From Cirrosporium novae-zelandiae (taxonomy: Eukaryota), in assembly GCA_026023565.1 (NCBI GenBank), contig JAPETS010000010.1:434001-498000 (forward strand): a DNA stretch of 64,000 nucleotides, given 5' to 3'. The notes under the pieces are model-generated. The model did no database searches and had not been told where the DNA came from. It saw only the letters and a list, made by a program, of their open reading frames with translations. This document shows, piece by piece, positions 1-13,342 of this stretch (its first letter is position 1; each line of letters begins with the position of its first letter). A program made the position numbers and the translations under genes.

Positions 1-850
1 AAATATAATCTCTGTGCAAATGTGAGATTTACTGGCGCACCACCACACAATGGATCAATAAGACGATATCACGTCCATCCCGCCAAATATCTCCACAAGA
101 TTCCTGCAAATTTGTCCTTTTCTGACGGAGCTCTCCTCGAGCCACTGAGCGTTGTTCTTCATGGATTTGAACGTAGCCCTACCCGGGCTGGCCAGTCTGT
201 TCTAATCTGTGGTGCAGGTCCCATTGGCTTAATTGCATTGGCAGTTGCAAAATCCAGTGGAGCCTTTCCAATTATTATAACCGACCTGGACACAGGGAGG
301 CTGGAGTTTGCAAAGAAGTTCGTGCCAGGATGTATCACATTTAAGATTTCGCCAAAAGATATTCCTGAGTCAACCGGAACTAAGATTCAAGAAGTGTTCA
401 TGAAGATGGGTGCCGCTCCACCAGCTGTCGTATATGAATGTACAGGCGTGGAAAGTAGTATTGTGACTGCTGCGTTTTCGACACGTAGAGGCGGCGAAGT
501 AATGGTGATAGGAGTTGGCCGACCAGTTGTGAATAACATCCCCTTTATGCATATTTCAATGGCAGAGGTATCTAGTTGTCCCTACAATCCCCGCACATAG
601 GACTTTCATGACTTATTATATTCTCCAGATTGACCTCAAATTCATAAATCGATATCATCATTCCTGGCCTTACGCAATTCGTTTCGTTCAATCCGGATAT
701 ATCAATTTGAAACCACTAGTCACGCATACTTTTCGGTTAGAAGAAGCTGAAGCGGCAATGGAAACTGCTGCAGATCGTTCTAAGGGCTCCGTCAAGATCC
801 ATATTATCGATTCGGATGAAGATCGTCCACAAGAACTATCTCACTTGTGA
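1..850 (+). CDS. Zinc-dependent medium-chain polyol dehydrogenase (sorbitol/xylitol/L-arabinitol dehydrogenase family), 5'-truncated by window edge
   Basis: GALLEPLSV, Rossmann ICGAGPIG and YECTGVESS motifs; C-terminal RYHHSWP..LVTHTFRLE; GT-AG intron 568-628 joins the two ORFs (MAE|IDLKF). Confidence 0.9.
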
Positions 851-1547
851 AGTAGTTGGTACTTATGTTGTTCAAGAGCAGCTTTGTCAGTCCAAAGCAC
901 CTTTTCCCATCGTGCTATAAGAACGTAACAGCCTTTGTAGTCTAGTTGTATGTTGATCTGCATGATAATTCCTCATAACCTCCCTGGGAAGCAGTTGATA
1001 AAACCCAATGTCCTGTGACAACAGGATTGCATACCAACCGCGTATAAATCCAGTATTTGTAAAATCAAAGCAGATATTATACCTCCTAGAAAAGCTAGAA
1101 GAGGGTAGGAGATAGTATTTCTCCCTAATCGCTTATTACTGTTTATATAGGAATTGTTAGGCGCCTTATAAAAAATTTGAGTTCTTGCACAAATGAATGG
1201 TTTTACTAGGTTTGGTTACAATACCTAGGTACCTGGTTTCATTAATAAGATGTATGATCCTGCCGGCAGTAGCTACCCGAGAAAACCCGGATACAGTCTT
1301 CCCGGAATTCTTCTATTCACCTAGGCAGTCAGACAATTTAGGGCCTTTCTTTTCTTTTTGAGAATTTAGAATTAAATACTGACTATCGTTCAAGGAACTA
1401 GGCATTTCTCTTGTTGCAGGAACTCGACTGAACTTTTGATTAATACCGGCCAGCTTTGTGATATGAGATATCACCCCTTTCGGTTCCTATAACTCATTGC
1501 CTTGCCGAGCTTTTTACTTCCTTAGCTACCCTTGCGATTCTATCAAC

Positions 1548-2399
1548 ATGAGTTCCAAAAGGAAGGCAGACGATTCCAATGATGAGAAATTCCTAGACCT
1601 TCAAACCCGAGTCTCCGAGCTACAGAAGCAGATGCTTGAAATGAGACAAGAGATGCAAGATTTCAAGCAAGACACATCTCAGCGATTAGCCGAGATTGAG
1701 CGGAACGTGAATGCCACTCAACAAACCCATGATTTAGAACTACAACTTCAAAGATCAATGAGCAAGAATGTTTATGAGCTTCGGGATATGATGAATTCGC
1801 TTGTCAGTGGTAGTTGGGTTTCAACGTTCAAGCGCCAGCGAGTTGAGGACGATGAGCCAGCTGCAAGTTTAACTACATCATCTGGCACGATCCGCAATCG
1901 ACAGTCATTCGGGCGAAGATCTCCCCCTCCTAACCCTCCCCCGGCTACTCGGTCTCAGCCCCCTGTTCCTGGCAGTAGTATAGTTTCCCGGCGGAATTCC
2001 AATCAGGCGCCTTCTCCAACGTCGACACCGAATGGAAGCTCACAAGACCCGCCAATATATAAATTCAAACGAACTACAAACACTGTTCCTCTTCTCTGGA
2101 CCGAGTGGACTGAAGGGCTTGATGGAGGACCATCTATACAGAGTCTTGAGGACCGATGGGGTGCCAAGTGGAGACCTGACCAGAATGAACGCATCTTCTT
2201 TAGTCGGCGCAGAGTTATCATCGATGAAATTCGCAAACGCCATACCGCAAATCCTGCTCGAGATATAAATGATATTATCCAAGAGTTGGAACACCAACGT
2301 AGTCTAGCTGGGCAAAGCTTAAATGCATTATCGAAATATCTGAAAGAAGAGCACCAAGATGAGCAACCAGTGATCCGACTAAATTCTCAGGCACCATAA
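1548..2399 (+). CDS. GCR1_C-domain protein (Gcr1/Msn1/Hot1-type DNA-binding domain) with N-terminal coiled coil, intronless
   Basis: C-terminal TVPLLWTEWTEGLDGGPSIQSLEDRWGAKWR..ERIFFSRRRVIIDEI matches the GCR1_C pattern; first ATG at 1548. Confidence 0.85.
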   Translation: MSSKRKADDSNDEKFLDLQTRVSELQKQMLEMRQEMQDFKQDTSQRLAEIERNVNATQQTHDLELQLQRSMSKNVYELRDMMNSLVSGSWVSTFKRQRVEDDEPAASLTTSSGTIRNRQSFGRRSPPPNPPPATRSQPPVPGSSIVSRRNSNQAPSPTSTPNGSSQDPPIYKFKRTTNTVPLLWTEWTEGLDGGPSIQSLEDRWGAKWRPDQNERIFFSRRRVIIDEIRKRHTANPARDINDIIQELEHQRSLAGQSLNALSKYLKEEHQDEQPVIRLNSQAP

Positions 2400-2760
2400 C
2401 CAAGTTAGTCCAAGCTTGAACAATACTATTTTGTAACTTTGCTTTATCAAACGAACTAGTTTACATCCTATGTTGTGAGGGGCTAATGTTCACTTTCCGC
2501 AAAAATATGGTTTGGAAATTTATGGGTAAGAGTGGTAGTCTATACTTCTCACCTGACGCTGCCTACTAACTTGTGGAATAGTAAACTTTTGATCTTCTAT
2601 AAGATGTCGGTATAACTTCGAAACGGTATCGAGAATCAATTCCTACATGGGAAAACCCTTTCGAAAGGAGGTCATGTCTACTCGTTTTCTAACCGTAGGT
2701 GATCTAAAACCTAAAAACCCACTATATAATCCAAATCAAAAGTCGCGAAATAGATCCACC

Positions 2761-3850
2761 TCAAATGATGACCCACGATGATTGTAGCTCGAAGGCTGGC
2801 CAGTTGAACTTGAGTCCTCCTTCGTGGCTGTTAATGTCTTGCAATATCATGTTGATTTCCGTTTCCGCATATTTATTTCTATTGACATTTACAAGCATTT
2901 TACACCTGTAGAAGCAACAAACGTTGGTCCTAGCTCCTATAAACCCATAACCATCTCTAAAAGAGTTTTATTTTTGGCACCATTAGGGAGAAAACTATAC
3001 TAGGCTTTCAGTTTCCCTTTTCATAAAGAACTTATCCTAGATTTTTAACCTCAAGATGACGCTGGTTTTAATTCATGGTCTGGAATCAAGAGCTTAAGAA
3101 CAGGTCTAGAGATGTTAGAGATGATCCAAGGTAGCCTCTAGATTGACGCCGGCTTCTAATTGGGGATGGATTCCTAATAATGGCCTTGTCGAAACAGAAA
3201 TCGATACCTCTCAACAAGCTATAGCTGCCTGATTTGTAGGTGTGAACTCATCTAGTCGAGAGAACTTGCTAACTCAGTGGTAGATTTGTCTTTATTTTAA
3301 AAACTTTCGATGCCCTAGGACATGTAAATTAGGAAGTCCATGGATAGGATATATGATATTCCTGCTAAGTCTATAATAGGATTTCGAACTATCTCCTCTT
3401 GTTCTTGGGCATTTTATATTATAATCGAAATAGACTAACTATTGAACAGTGTCATTCTCAAAGGCCATGAGCTGAGATCACCACAGAAGTAGATTCTCGC
3501 TTTGGGCTCAGAGAGCTCTACGCTCCATGGCTTATAATTTTGAAATGCTGTCTAGGGATGTCATTACACTAATGATGGCTTTATTGAACGCGATCGGTTT
3601 TTAAAGCTAATTGCCAATGAGGATTATCTTCGTCGCTTCTAGTTAAGCATTAACAATGCCTATGCTGAAAATTTACTGAAACAAGTTCTCAAGCAAGAAC
3701 CAGAGACTGTCTCTTCTCCCTTGGCGTCAAAATTTGCTACAATTCGTCAGAGTGTATGTCTTACTTCGTTTGCGACGGTTAACTAAGTTGGAATATAGAT
3801 AAGAAACTATAACTACTAGAGAACTCAATAAAGTCCAAAATATGTTTTAT
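2761..3850 (+). pseudogene. Decayed protein-coding relic of unknown family
   Basis: Frame +1 has protein-like stretches (2788-3000 open for 71 codons; 3556-3783 with one TAG) interrupted by isolated stops; intron-like GTATGT..CTAAG..TAG at 3754-3799. Confidence 0.4.
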
Positions 3851-5104
3851 ATTCGTAGAGATCCATTCACAAGCACACCTTCCTATATTGTCTCTGCTTG
3901 AGGTCGACCCAGGCTTGAAAGATAGGGGGCTTTGAGCGATTCTAGATGAAGAAATATCGATGTTTATTTTTCTTGGTTTGGTGATTGCACTACTCTCCCT
4001 CAATTCTATATGAATGGTTTATATCCAGATTTTACTTCATTCTGCTCGATAGTCTAACCTTATTGGAGCCAGTGAAATGGTATGGCTCAGTACTTCATGT
4101 ACGCATGAAGGTCACGATGGGAGCAACATAAGCTCGTGCAAGGTAGAAAATGTATAAAGTAAGGTCTCAATAAACAAGTTAACGGAAAGACTGTACGATC
4201 AATGGTGATGTAGGTCGGTATATTAGAATTTTCAGCTATAATATTATATAAAACTATGCGCTTGATTTATGAAAAGTGCTGACGTTGGGTTCTCATTTCA
4301 TTCCCCTTCGTAGTCGTCGTACTTCCAACATCACAATAGTGAAAGGTTTACTCTCTTATATTACTACAGCAACCAAGTCGTCATATTGCAAAAGGGTTTA
4401 CCATGTCTTCTCTTAACGTGTTTGCCAATGGCTCAGGCAATTCAGTTGAGCAGAGAAGCTAGCGCCGAAATGCGTCGAAATGCATCGAAAGTTAGGTTAT
4501 AGTGAAGGGATGAAGCAATCAAGCCAAAAGAAGCGGGTTTTTACAATGTCAATTTAAGAATGAATTTACAAGATCTACTCGTAGCTGTCGTCGGTAAGTA
4601 AGTAAAAGATGGTGTTTTTTTATTAGTAAAGTACTACATAAATGACTCTAAATATTAGGCCTTGAAGCTGTTCTTTGAGAATAGATTATTCTTCAGGTGG
4701 CTATTTCTAAGTTGGATTCCTCAGGTGTGGAAAGAACTTTTCTCCAGAATCGCCTAAAAGAAGAAGATCAATGGTCTGAGCTCAAGTCCAGAATGGATTA
4801 CTTTTTGGTCATAGCTTAAGCAGAAGATAGTGATAGTGATGGTGATGATTTACTACTAGTCACTACTAGAACTAGAATACAACTGAAGCCTAGAGTAAAG
4901 TAGTTCAGCCTTCTATTTCTTCAAAATTCTAAAAAAAAACCCTCAAGGCATGCGTAGCCTCATTTATTTATGTGGAATAGACTGATTTGGAGAATAGGCA
5001 CTTACTGAGTAAGTAAATAATAATATTGGTGGTTACCTTGGTAATAATGCCATGGGTGTATTTCCTGTTTGCGATACTGTGATAAAGGCTTGGCAACTTC
5101 GTCA

Positions 5105-5119
5105 ATTCGAGAACCTTCG
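5105..5119. promoter_or_regulatory. Heat shock element (three inverted nGAAn units)
   Basis: aTTCgaGAAccTTCg about 410 bp upstream of the hsp90 ATG. Confidence 0.75.
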
Positions 5120-5524
5120 AAGCTTTTCTCTCCGCCAAAGGCACGAAAGGCTAGCTTCAAACCCACGAAATATAACTTCTTCCTTGTCCTGCACAGTTTT
5201 CCCAACCTTCCTCACTTCACTCTGTGTGCTCTGCAAAAGATCACTATTCCTGTCATACTCATTCTCGCTCACATCTTCCATCCCATTCACTTGTACTATT
5301 AATTTGTAAGTACTCAAGTACCCCTCCATTGCTTTAATTTTGGCTAGCCTCATTTGCATTTCACTGTTTGCCCGCATTTAGACTTTTCGTCCCTCCACCA
5401 GCTTAAATTTCTCATCTATTCCACCAATTCTTCACATCTCTTCTATTCTTCTTCCACCTTGAAGCAAAACTAATCACGAACACTTTAACAGCACGAACGT
5501 CACGACTTTCCACTCTCTCTCACC

Positions 5525-7791
5525 ATGGCAGAAACCTTTGAGTTTCAGGCTGAGATTTCTCAGTTGCTCGGCCTTATCATCAACACAGTCTATTCCGTAA
5601 GTTGGATTAGATTCCTTAACCTGACCTTTGCCATTATTAACATTTATTTAGAACAAAGAGATCTTCTTGAGAGAAATTATCTCCAACGCCTCCGATGCCC
5701 TTGACAAGATTCGATATGAAGCCCTTTCAGACCCTAGCAAACTTGACTCTGGCAAGGACCTGAGAATCGACATCATCCCAGACAAGGAAGGCAAGACCCT
5801 TACCATCCAGGATACTGGTATTGGTATGACTAAGGCTGTAAGTTATACAACTCTCATCACGGTTTAAATCATGTACTAATCTTTTTAGGACCTTGTCAAC
5901 AACCTTGGTACTATCGCTCGCTCTGGTACCAAGCAGTTCATGGAGGCCTTGACTGCTGGTGCCGATATTTCTATGATTGGTCAGTTCGGTGTTGGTTTCT
6001 ATTCTGCATACCTCGTTGCAGACAAGGTTACTGTGATCTCGAAGCACAATGATGATGAGCAATACATCTGGGAGTCGGCTGCTGGTGGCACCTTCACATT
6101 GACCCCCGATACCGAGGGCGAACAACTTGGTCGTGGAACCAAGATCATTCTCCATGTCAAGGATGAACAAGCTGACTACCTTAATGAGAGCAAAATCAAG
6201 GAGATTGTTAAGAAGCACTCTGAGTTCATCTCATACCCCATCTACCTTCATGTCCTAAAGGAGACTGAGAAGGAGGTCCCTGATGAAGAGGCTGAAGAGA
6301 CCAAGGAAGAAGAAGAGGGTGATGAGAAGAAGCCGAAGATTGAGGAAGTTGACGAGGATGAGGAGAAGAAAGAGAAGAAGACCAAGAAGATCAAGGAAAC
6401 CAAGATCGAAGAGGAGGAACTCAACAAGACCAAGCCAATCTGGACGAGAAATCCCTCTGACATTAACCAGGAAGAATATGCTTCCTTCTACAAGTCGCTG
6501 TCAAAGTAAGTCAACCCTTATGTCCTGTTATATAGACTCAACATTAACATTCCACAGTGACTGGGAAGACCACCTCGCTGTCAAGCACTTCTCCGTTGAA
6601 GGTCAACTTGAATTCCGTGCTATTCTCTTCGTTCCAAAACGTGCTCCCTTTGACCTATTTGAAACCAAGAAGACTAAGAACAACATCAAGCTCTACGTTC
6701 GTCGCGTCTTCATTACCGATGATGCTACCGATCTCGTCCCAGAATGGTTAAGCTTTATCAAGGGTGTTGTTGACTCTGAGGATCTTCCATTGAACTTGTC
6801 TCGTGAGACTCTTCAACAAAATAAGATCATGAAGGTCATTAAAAAGAACATCGTCAAGAAGTCCATTGAACTCTTCAATGAGATCGCCGAGGACCGTGAA
6901 CAATTCGACAAGTTCTATACTGCTTTCAGCAAGAACATTAAGCTCGGTATCCATGAGGATTCTCAAAACCGCCAGTCTCTTGCTAAGCTCCTCCGATACA
7001 ATACCACCAAGTCTGGAGACGAGATTACTTCTCTCGCCGACTACATTACACGTATGCCAGAACACCAAAAGCAAGTCTACTACATTACTGGTGAATCGCT
7101 CAAGGCTGTCCAGAAATCACCCTTTTTGGACTCCCTCAAGGCAAAAGACTTCGAGGTTTTGTTCTTGGTTGATCCTATTGATGAATACGCCTTCACTCAA
7201 CTGAAGGAATTCGATGGCAAGAAGTTGGTTGATATTACCAAGGACTTCGAACTTGAAGAAACCGATGAGGAGAAGAAAGCTCGCGAGGAAGAAGAGAAAG
7301 AATACGAAGGTTTGGCTAAAAGCTTGAAGAGCATCCTTGGTGACAAGGTTGAGAAAGTTGTTGTTAGCCACAAGCTTGTTGGCTCTCCATGTGCCATCCG
7401 TACCGGCCAATTTGGTTGGTCTGCCAACATGGAACGTATCATGAAGGCACAGGCTCTCCGCGATACCTCCATGAGCTCATACATGTCGTCAAAGAAGACA
7501 TTCGAAATCTCGCCAAAGTCACCCATCATCAAGGAACTCAAGAAGAAGGTGGAAGCTGATGGCGAGAATGATCGAACCGTCAAATCCATTACCCAACTGC
7601 TCTACGAGACCTCTCTTCTTGTCTCTGGATTCACCATTGATGAGCCATCGAGCTTTGCTGAGCGTATCCACAAACTTGTCTCCCTTGGCTTAAATGTTGA
7701 TGAAGAGGCTGAGACCTCAGCAGAAAAGGCCGAGGAGGAGGCAGCTGTACCAGCAGATGCTGGCGAGAGCGCCATGGAAGAAGTTGACTAG
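5525..7791 (+). CDS. hsp90: Heat shock protein 90
   Basis: [14 protein letters not shown] start, [29 protein letters not shown]-terminal MEEVD; introns 5597-5651, 5838-5888, 6506-6557. Confidence 0.99.
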
Positions 7792-9833
7792 ATGGTAAAC
7801 TCTTCGGCTGCGGTATTCTAGAATTATGACTTTGACGTCTAGATTATTTTGTCCAGGGATATGAGGACTGGCGGTTTCATGATATGGATGTTTCCTTTTT
7901 ACCCACGGTGTATTTGAGCTGTGTTTTTCTCAAGCATGCGCACTACATTGTGCCTAGAATATGGAAAATAGGCGATCTTCGGAGTCATCAAGAGATGCAC
8001 TTTCGATAGGCTTCCAAAGCAATAGGTAGTTCAGACGTGTTAAGAAAAGCATCCTAATGAAAATTTCTTATCTTGTTCCAATAACCGTGTCCAATAACGC
8101 ATTTTTTTTATGTTATGATTACGTAGTCGAGCTTCATCTTTGCTGTACTAGAGGGGAGCCCTCCTGGCTCGGGTCATGTAGAAGTTGACCTTAGGCAAGT
8201 GAACCTTGTTCTATTACCAACACCAAATTTTATATTTCTTCTTGCTCGATGTCCAAGATTGACTTGCATGTGCTTCTTTCAACCCGATATCTATTTCCTC
8301 TAGCTCGAAGCGTGTTCCATTAACTGAAAATTACAAACTCACTATCGTTTGACAGCTTAACCTTGAGAAGACAAGCATAGATTCTCGCAGAATGTATTCT
8401 GCAGCCATGCTTTATGGTCTCGTGTTTTCTTTCGCGTGGTATCTTAAGTTTCCTATGTATAGATTAAGCCATGAAGCAGCATCGTAAAGATTAGCATTAA
8501 TCTCGATTTGGGAATTGCTGCACCACTGTATACTGAATTGATTATGCAGACTCACAAAAAGCACACATTTCCAACCATTTTGAGACGCTGGGAACCATTC
8601 CCATCTCCAGCAGCCATGCGTTTGACGTCACAATCTTCTCCATACAGACTACTTTCAGCGGAATGAACTTGACAGAGGCTTGCTATGAGATTGATATAGC
8701 ATATTCCGCCTACCTTGGCCTTCATGATCTTCTCACCCATAATAAAATCTGCCCTGACATGTTAGATCACTAAGAATCCGTCCCGGGAGAGATTTTTAGT
8801 GGGATACCCACAGAGTTATACTATTTTCTTGCTTTCCCAACTCTTGGCGTTGAACTAAGCTCTATATATGCGGCACAAGTTGCGGAAAACCATATGGGAG
8901 GTATAAATCTCAATAATCTTTGTCATTAGATTGACGCTATCCTAATACCAAGTATGGGGTTGAATGGTACGGGAATGAGGGATCTCGTCTATAGGACAGC
9001 CAATTCTTCTGCTTCTTCCATGATCACGTCTAGACCAGATACCTACTACACCACTATTCAATTTGTGTACAAGAGAGGTCAGAGGGTAATGTGGACAATA
9101 CAAGGAATGGTTGCTCAAAAAAGCCGAATGGGAGAGGTTATTTGGTCTATTTGCTATTTATTTAGGGCTAGAAAGTAGTATGTCAATAATTAGAGATAGT
9201 CGCTAAAATCCCTAAAATATGCCACAGACTGCAGGAGGTTCATGACGGGAGTATTCGTTGCGTTGTGATGTAGGAAAGATTCCGCTTGGCGGGCTTAAGA
9301 CCAAAGTAAGGGCTGCCAGTGTGTATTAATCTAGTGGAGTGGAGCTTTTTACTAGATACAGTAGTGCCATAGGTAGGCAATTTATCCTGTAATTTATCCC
9401 CACTGAAAGATCCTACTCGAAGTACTCTACACAGCTAAAGGCCTTAAGGTACGGACTTCACTTCTCCCTCCACTCCCTAGCCTAGTTAATCCATTTCATC
9501 ACCATCTTTATCTTGATCCCCTCCCCTTGCCAAGGAAAAAGAAAGAGAGAGAAAAAAAAATCCTTTATCGTTGCTTTGCGCACTACTCAGTTTAAACCTT
9601 ATAAATTTTATTCTCCATCTCCTCGGACTGTCCTGTTGGTGATGGTTATGGAATCGTATCATCAAGCCTGACCTCCGCCTTCTTGTTCATACCTCGCCGT
9701 GGCTACCACCCGCGGTAGTCACAGCTAGGATATCTCCTGATGAATTGAAATTATTCCTCGAACGTTTGAGACCTACAAACCTGACCATCAGAATCTCCGC
9801 CTGATCGTCGTATTTTTTCTGTTATCGACCAAG

Positions 9834-12078
9834 ATGAATGAACAACCCCCATCAACCTCCTGGCAGCAGCCTGTTTCTAATGATTCCATGTTCGCCATTA
9901 CCGAACCCGATTTTACCAGGTTCCTCGAAAATCTCGATGATTACTCGCTTGATTTTAGTGATTTGGGGGGTCAAAATGGGCAAAATGAACAGAACGACCT
10001 ACACCATTGCGGGGCTAGTACTACAGACGTAACCATGGAAAATGACAACGACACAGATGGGCTGAAACAGATGTCGGATTACTCTCAGGGCTTTGTTGAT
10101 ATGCGACATAGTACGATGCACGCAACTGGAAGTGCACTTAGTTCAATGGAATCGTTGGCTGAGATGAATTTGCACTCTCAGGCGCAAACCTACGCATTTT
10201 CGCAACAGCAACAACAGCAACAACGGCAGCAGCAGATGCAGGGACATGGCCCTTACCAATCGCATCATGTTGTACCGCCAACCCCTAATAGCATTGAAAT
10301 GCAAGGCGCTGGTGCTGGATATAGCCAACAAGTTCCTGATCCACAAGCTCGGGGATATTATGATCATCGTTACTGTATTTCTAAGGAAGACCAGGTATGA
10401 TACTCCGGTCATATGTCGCGCTTGCTGGACATCTGCTGAACCGAAATAGATGGTATTTACACCTTTAGTCTCTCCAGCCGTGACACCTATTGAGACTCGA
10501 TTCAATATGGTTGATTTTGGCTTGAATGGTGACTACTTCAGTCCCATCACCTCTCCTGCTATAGTCCCCCAGAGTCAAGCAGTGCCGAATTCTATATACA
10601 CAACAGCACGGAGTGGAGATCCTATAGTTGTAACTTCCCCAGTGACTAGAGATCCAGGAAATCCTGCTATATCCACTCCGACGACACCAGCTCCTGCTCG
10701 CAGGGCTCGGAGGAAACCATCCAATGCTTCTACTCGCAATTCAGCTAGAAAGGTCCAACAATCACCGGCAATGAAGGCGCAATCCCGACGGAAGCAACCC
10801 TCTAGCACGGTTATCCCTCCCCAAGAAGTCGCGGGAGTCATCGAACAGGCGCAAAGTGGGAAAGGATCGCAAACACCATTAGCTCAAGCATATGTGACAG
10901 CTCCCGCTGATTTCTTAATGAGTAGCTCAGAACAGTCATCTGTATCTCCAGAAGCCCTCCCGGAGACATTGATGCCCCCGCCAGCAATGCCGAGGTCCAA
11001 TTCCATCGGGATATCTCCTCGCCTAGCAGCACAACAGTCCCAGAATCCCGCTATCGAGACACCTGTACCAGCCACGCCGGCTTCTCTAATGAAACTCAAG
11101 AAACGTCCAGCTGAGAATGGAGACGGGCCTCAGACCACTTCCAAAGTTTCAGTCCCTAATGATGATCCACTGGAACAACCTCTGGATGACATAATGCTCC
11201 CAGAAGCAGCTACATCAAACACGGCAACACCAAGCTCCGTAGCCCCAAGTCCTCAAATACGTGGTCTGGTTTCCCCTAACATAAGACCGTCCAATAGCAG
11301 CAAACAACCGGACTCTAAGCCCTTGGGCCGTGGTCCAAAGAAACGAGGAAGTGTCAATTCCATTCATGTTAGCCCAGCCCTGAGGCCAAAAATTTCACCA
11401 AATATCCAACCTTTGATGCCGGAAGGTAGTAGTGAGTACCCTGCCTTTCTCTTAACTTCACTAATTACTCGCCTTTCCCCTTTTCTTATTGTTTTTTAAA
11501 AAGCAATCCCAAATATTTTCTACCTTCTAACACCACCCCTTCTCTCCACAGGCACCCTCAGCACCGAGACCTCTGCCCTCCTCCTCGCCTCAAACTCGAA
11601 CTACGAACGCCTCATCGCCGGCCAGCACCTCCCGGGAGTCTCATACCCCGAATCCCTAGCCACAAACCTAACTTCCAAACGCACATCTCATAAGATCGCC
11701 GAACAAGGCCGTCGAAACCGCATCAATAACGCGCTCAAGGAAATGGAATCCCTGCTCACGAGTCCAACTACTGAACGGGGGAAAGACGGATCAAATTCTA
11801 GTAGTAGCAGTGGAAGCGGGGACTCCATGGGAGTGGGGATAACAGCAAGCCAGCAAAACAATAGCAAGGCGAGCACGGTCGAGAAAGCAATTGATTACAT
11901 ACGAAAATTACAACAAGAATTAAAAGAAAAGGATGAAGAGCTACAAAAGATGAAGGGGAAGCTGGAGGTTATAGGGACGAAACTCGAGGGCTCAGATTCA
12001 AGTTCAAACGAGGAAAATAAGAGGAAGGTTGTAAATAGTGGTGGCGATGTTGATGGTGTTCAGAGTGATGAGAAATAA
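9834..12078 (+). CDS. pho4: Phosphate-responsive bHLH transcription factor (Pho4/NUC-1/PalcA type)
   Basis: Last exon reads LLASNSNY..LPGVSYPESLATNLTSKRTSHKIAEQGRRNRINNALKE..SKASTVEKAIDYIR; conserved FTPLVSPAVTP and YFSPITSPA segments; introns 10395-10449 and about 11432-11551. Confidence 0.92.
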
Positions 12079-13342
12079 ATATGATAATATGATACGATAA
12101 ATAGAAGGTACGAGAATAAGAGGGCGGAATTAGGATATGATTAGCGGGGATTGACCTTTTTGATTATTCCCACACACACACATTCATATATATTTATTCT
12201 ATATATACGTATACTTTGCTTTTGTTTTCTTTTGCATAGTTTTTGTCAACAAGGTATCAGATTTCTTGAGTATTTGGGGTTAATTGAACAATCGATAGAA
12301 AGAAAGAGGGGCGGCGGGAATGAATATTTTCAAAGAGGGGGGAGCGGAGCTGGCCTTTTTTTTTTCTGGTGTGCGCGTGCGAGATTAGCTGAATACCCCC
12401 GCGTCAATTTTATATTACATTTTGTATCTAGATATTTGTTTTGTTTGCGACGTACATTGTTATTATTCACTTTTTTTCTAAAAAGAAGTAGTGGATGAAT
12501 CATGTCAGTAAGTTAAATATACAATGTAATGTACGTAGTGCGTTGGATTGCAAAACACACCTAACTACTAGAGTACTACTTATTATAATCTCATTCATAT
12601 AGGGTAGATATAGATAGGATAAGATAAGTATGGTTACCTGGACCTATATATCTTATGTGTGTATGTGTGTATATATTTTCCTTCTTTCCTCTTCCTCTTC
12701 CTCACAAAAAAACCCAGAATTGTATTTTTTCACCTTCTCTCTTCTTCTTAATCGTTTGAATCATACCAACAGGAAAAAAAAGGAAGGGGGTAAGAAGAAA
12801 AAACCAAGGGGGGAATATCAATATCAATATCATCCACACACCACATACCACAAACCGTATAAAATGCGATGCGATGTGATGCGATGGAATATTAAATTTG
12901 TAAACGCAACAATATCAAATCCTTGCCCTTGAAATTGAAACCTTTGTGTTGTGCATCTAACCAAAATAGAAAAAATAGAACTCCTTTCCTTCCTTCCTTT
13001 CACCCAGTCGTGAATGCATAGGATAGGGGATCCTTGGGGTCCTGCCGCCGCTAACTAAAAGCGATGTTGGATCGTTCATGTATCGTACGATGATGTGTGT
13101 ATGCGAGTATGCTGTTCACATCACAGCACGCTTTCTTTCGGGACCTGAAGAACGGATATATATTCAAGTACCCCAGAGAGAGAGAGATGAAATAAACACT
13201 AGATGAAAAAAGTGCAAAAGAAGTCCGTGAATGCTAAAACAATCAAGTATCCACCCCTAACAAATATCCCCCCCGTACTGTGCCTGTGACTTCAGCCTGA
13301 CGGTAGTATCAGTCAGCACGTTAAAATCTACTCTAGGGCATT

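Noticed and set aside
5727..7589. Several antisense and alternate-frame ORFs over hsp90 (also over dynamitin, the lactonase and the zf-PARP gene)
   Set aside because: Shadow ORFs produced by codon bias in real genes; no motifs of their own.
8552..8740. 62-aa minus-strand ORF with a faint short-chain dehydrogenase-like YINLIAS segment
   Set aside because: No other SDR motifs or splice partners found; too weak to call.
12151..12932. ORFs between pho4 and the septin-like gene
   Set aside because: Low-complexity AT-rich convergent 3' UTR sequence.
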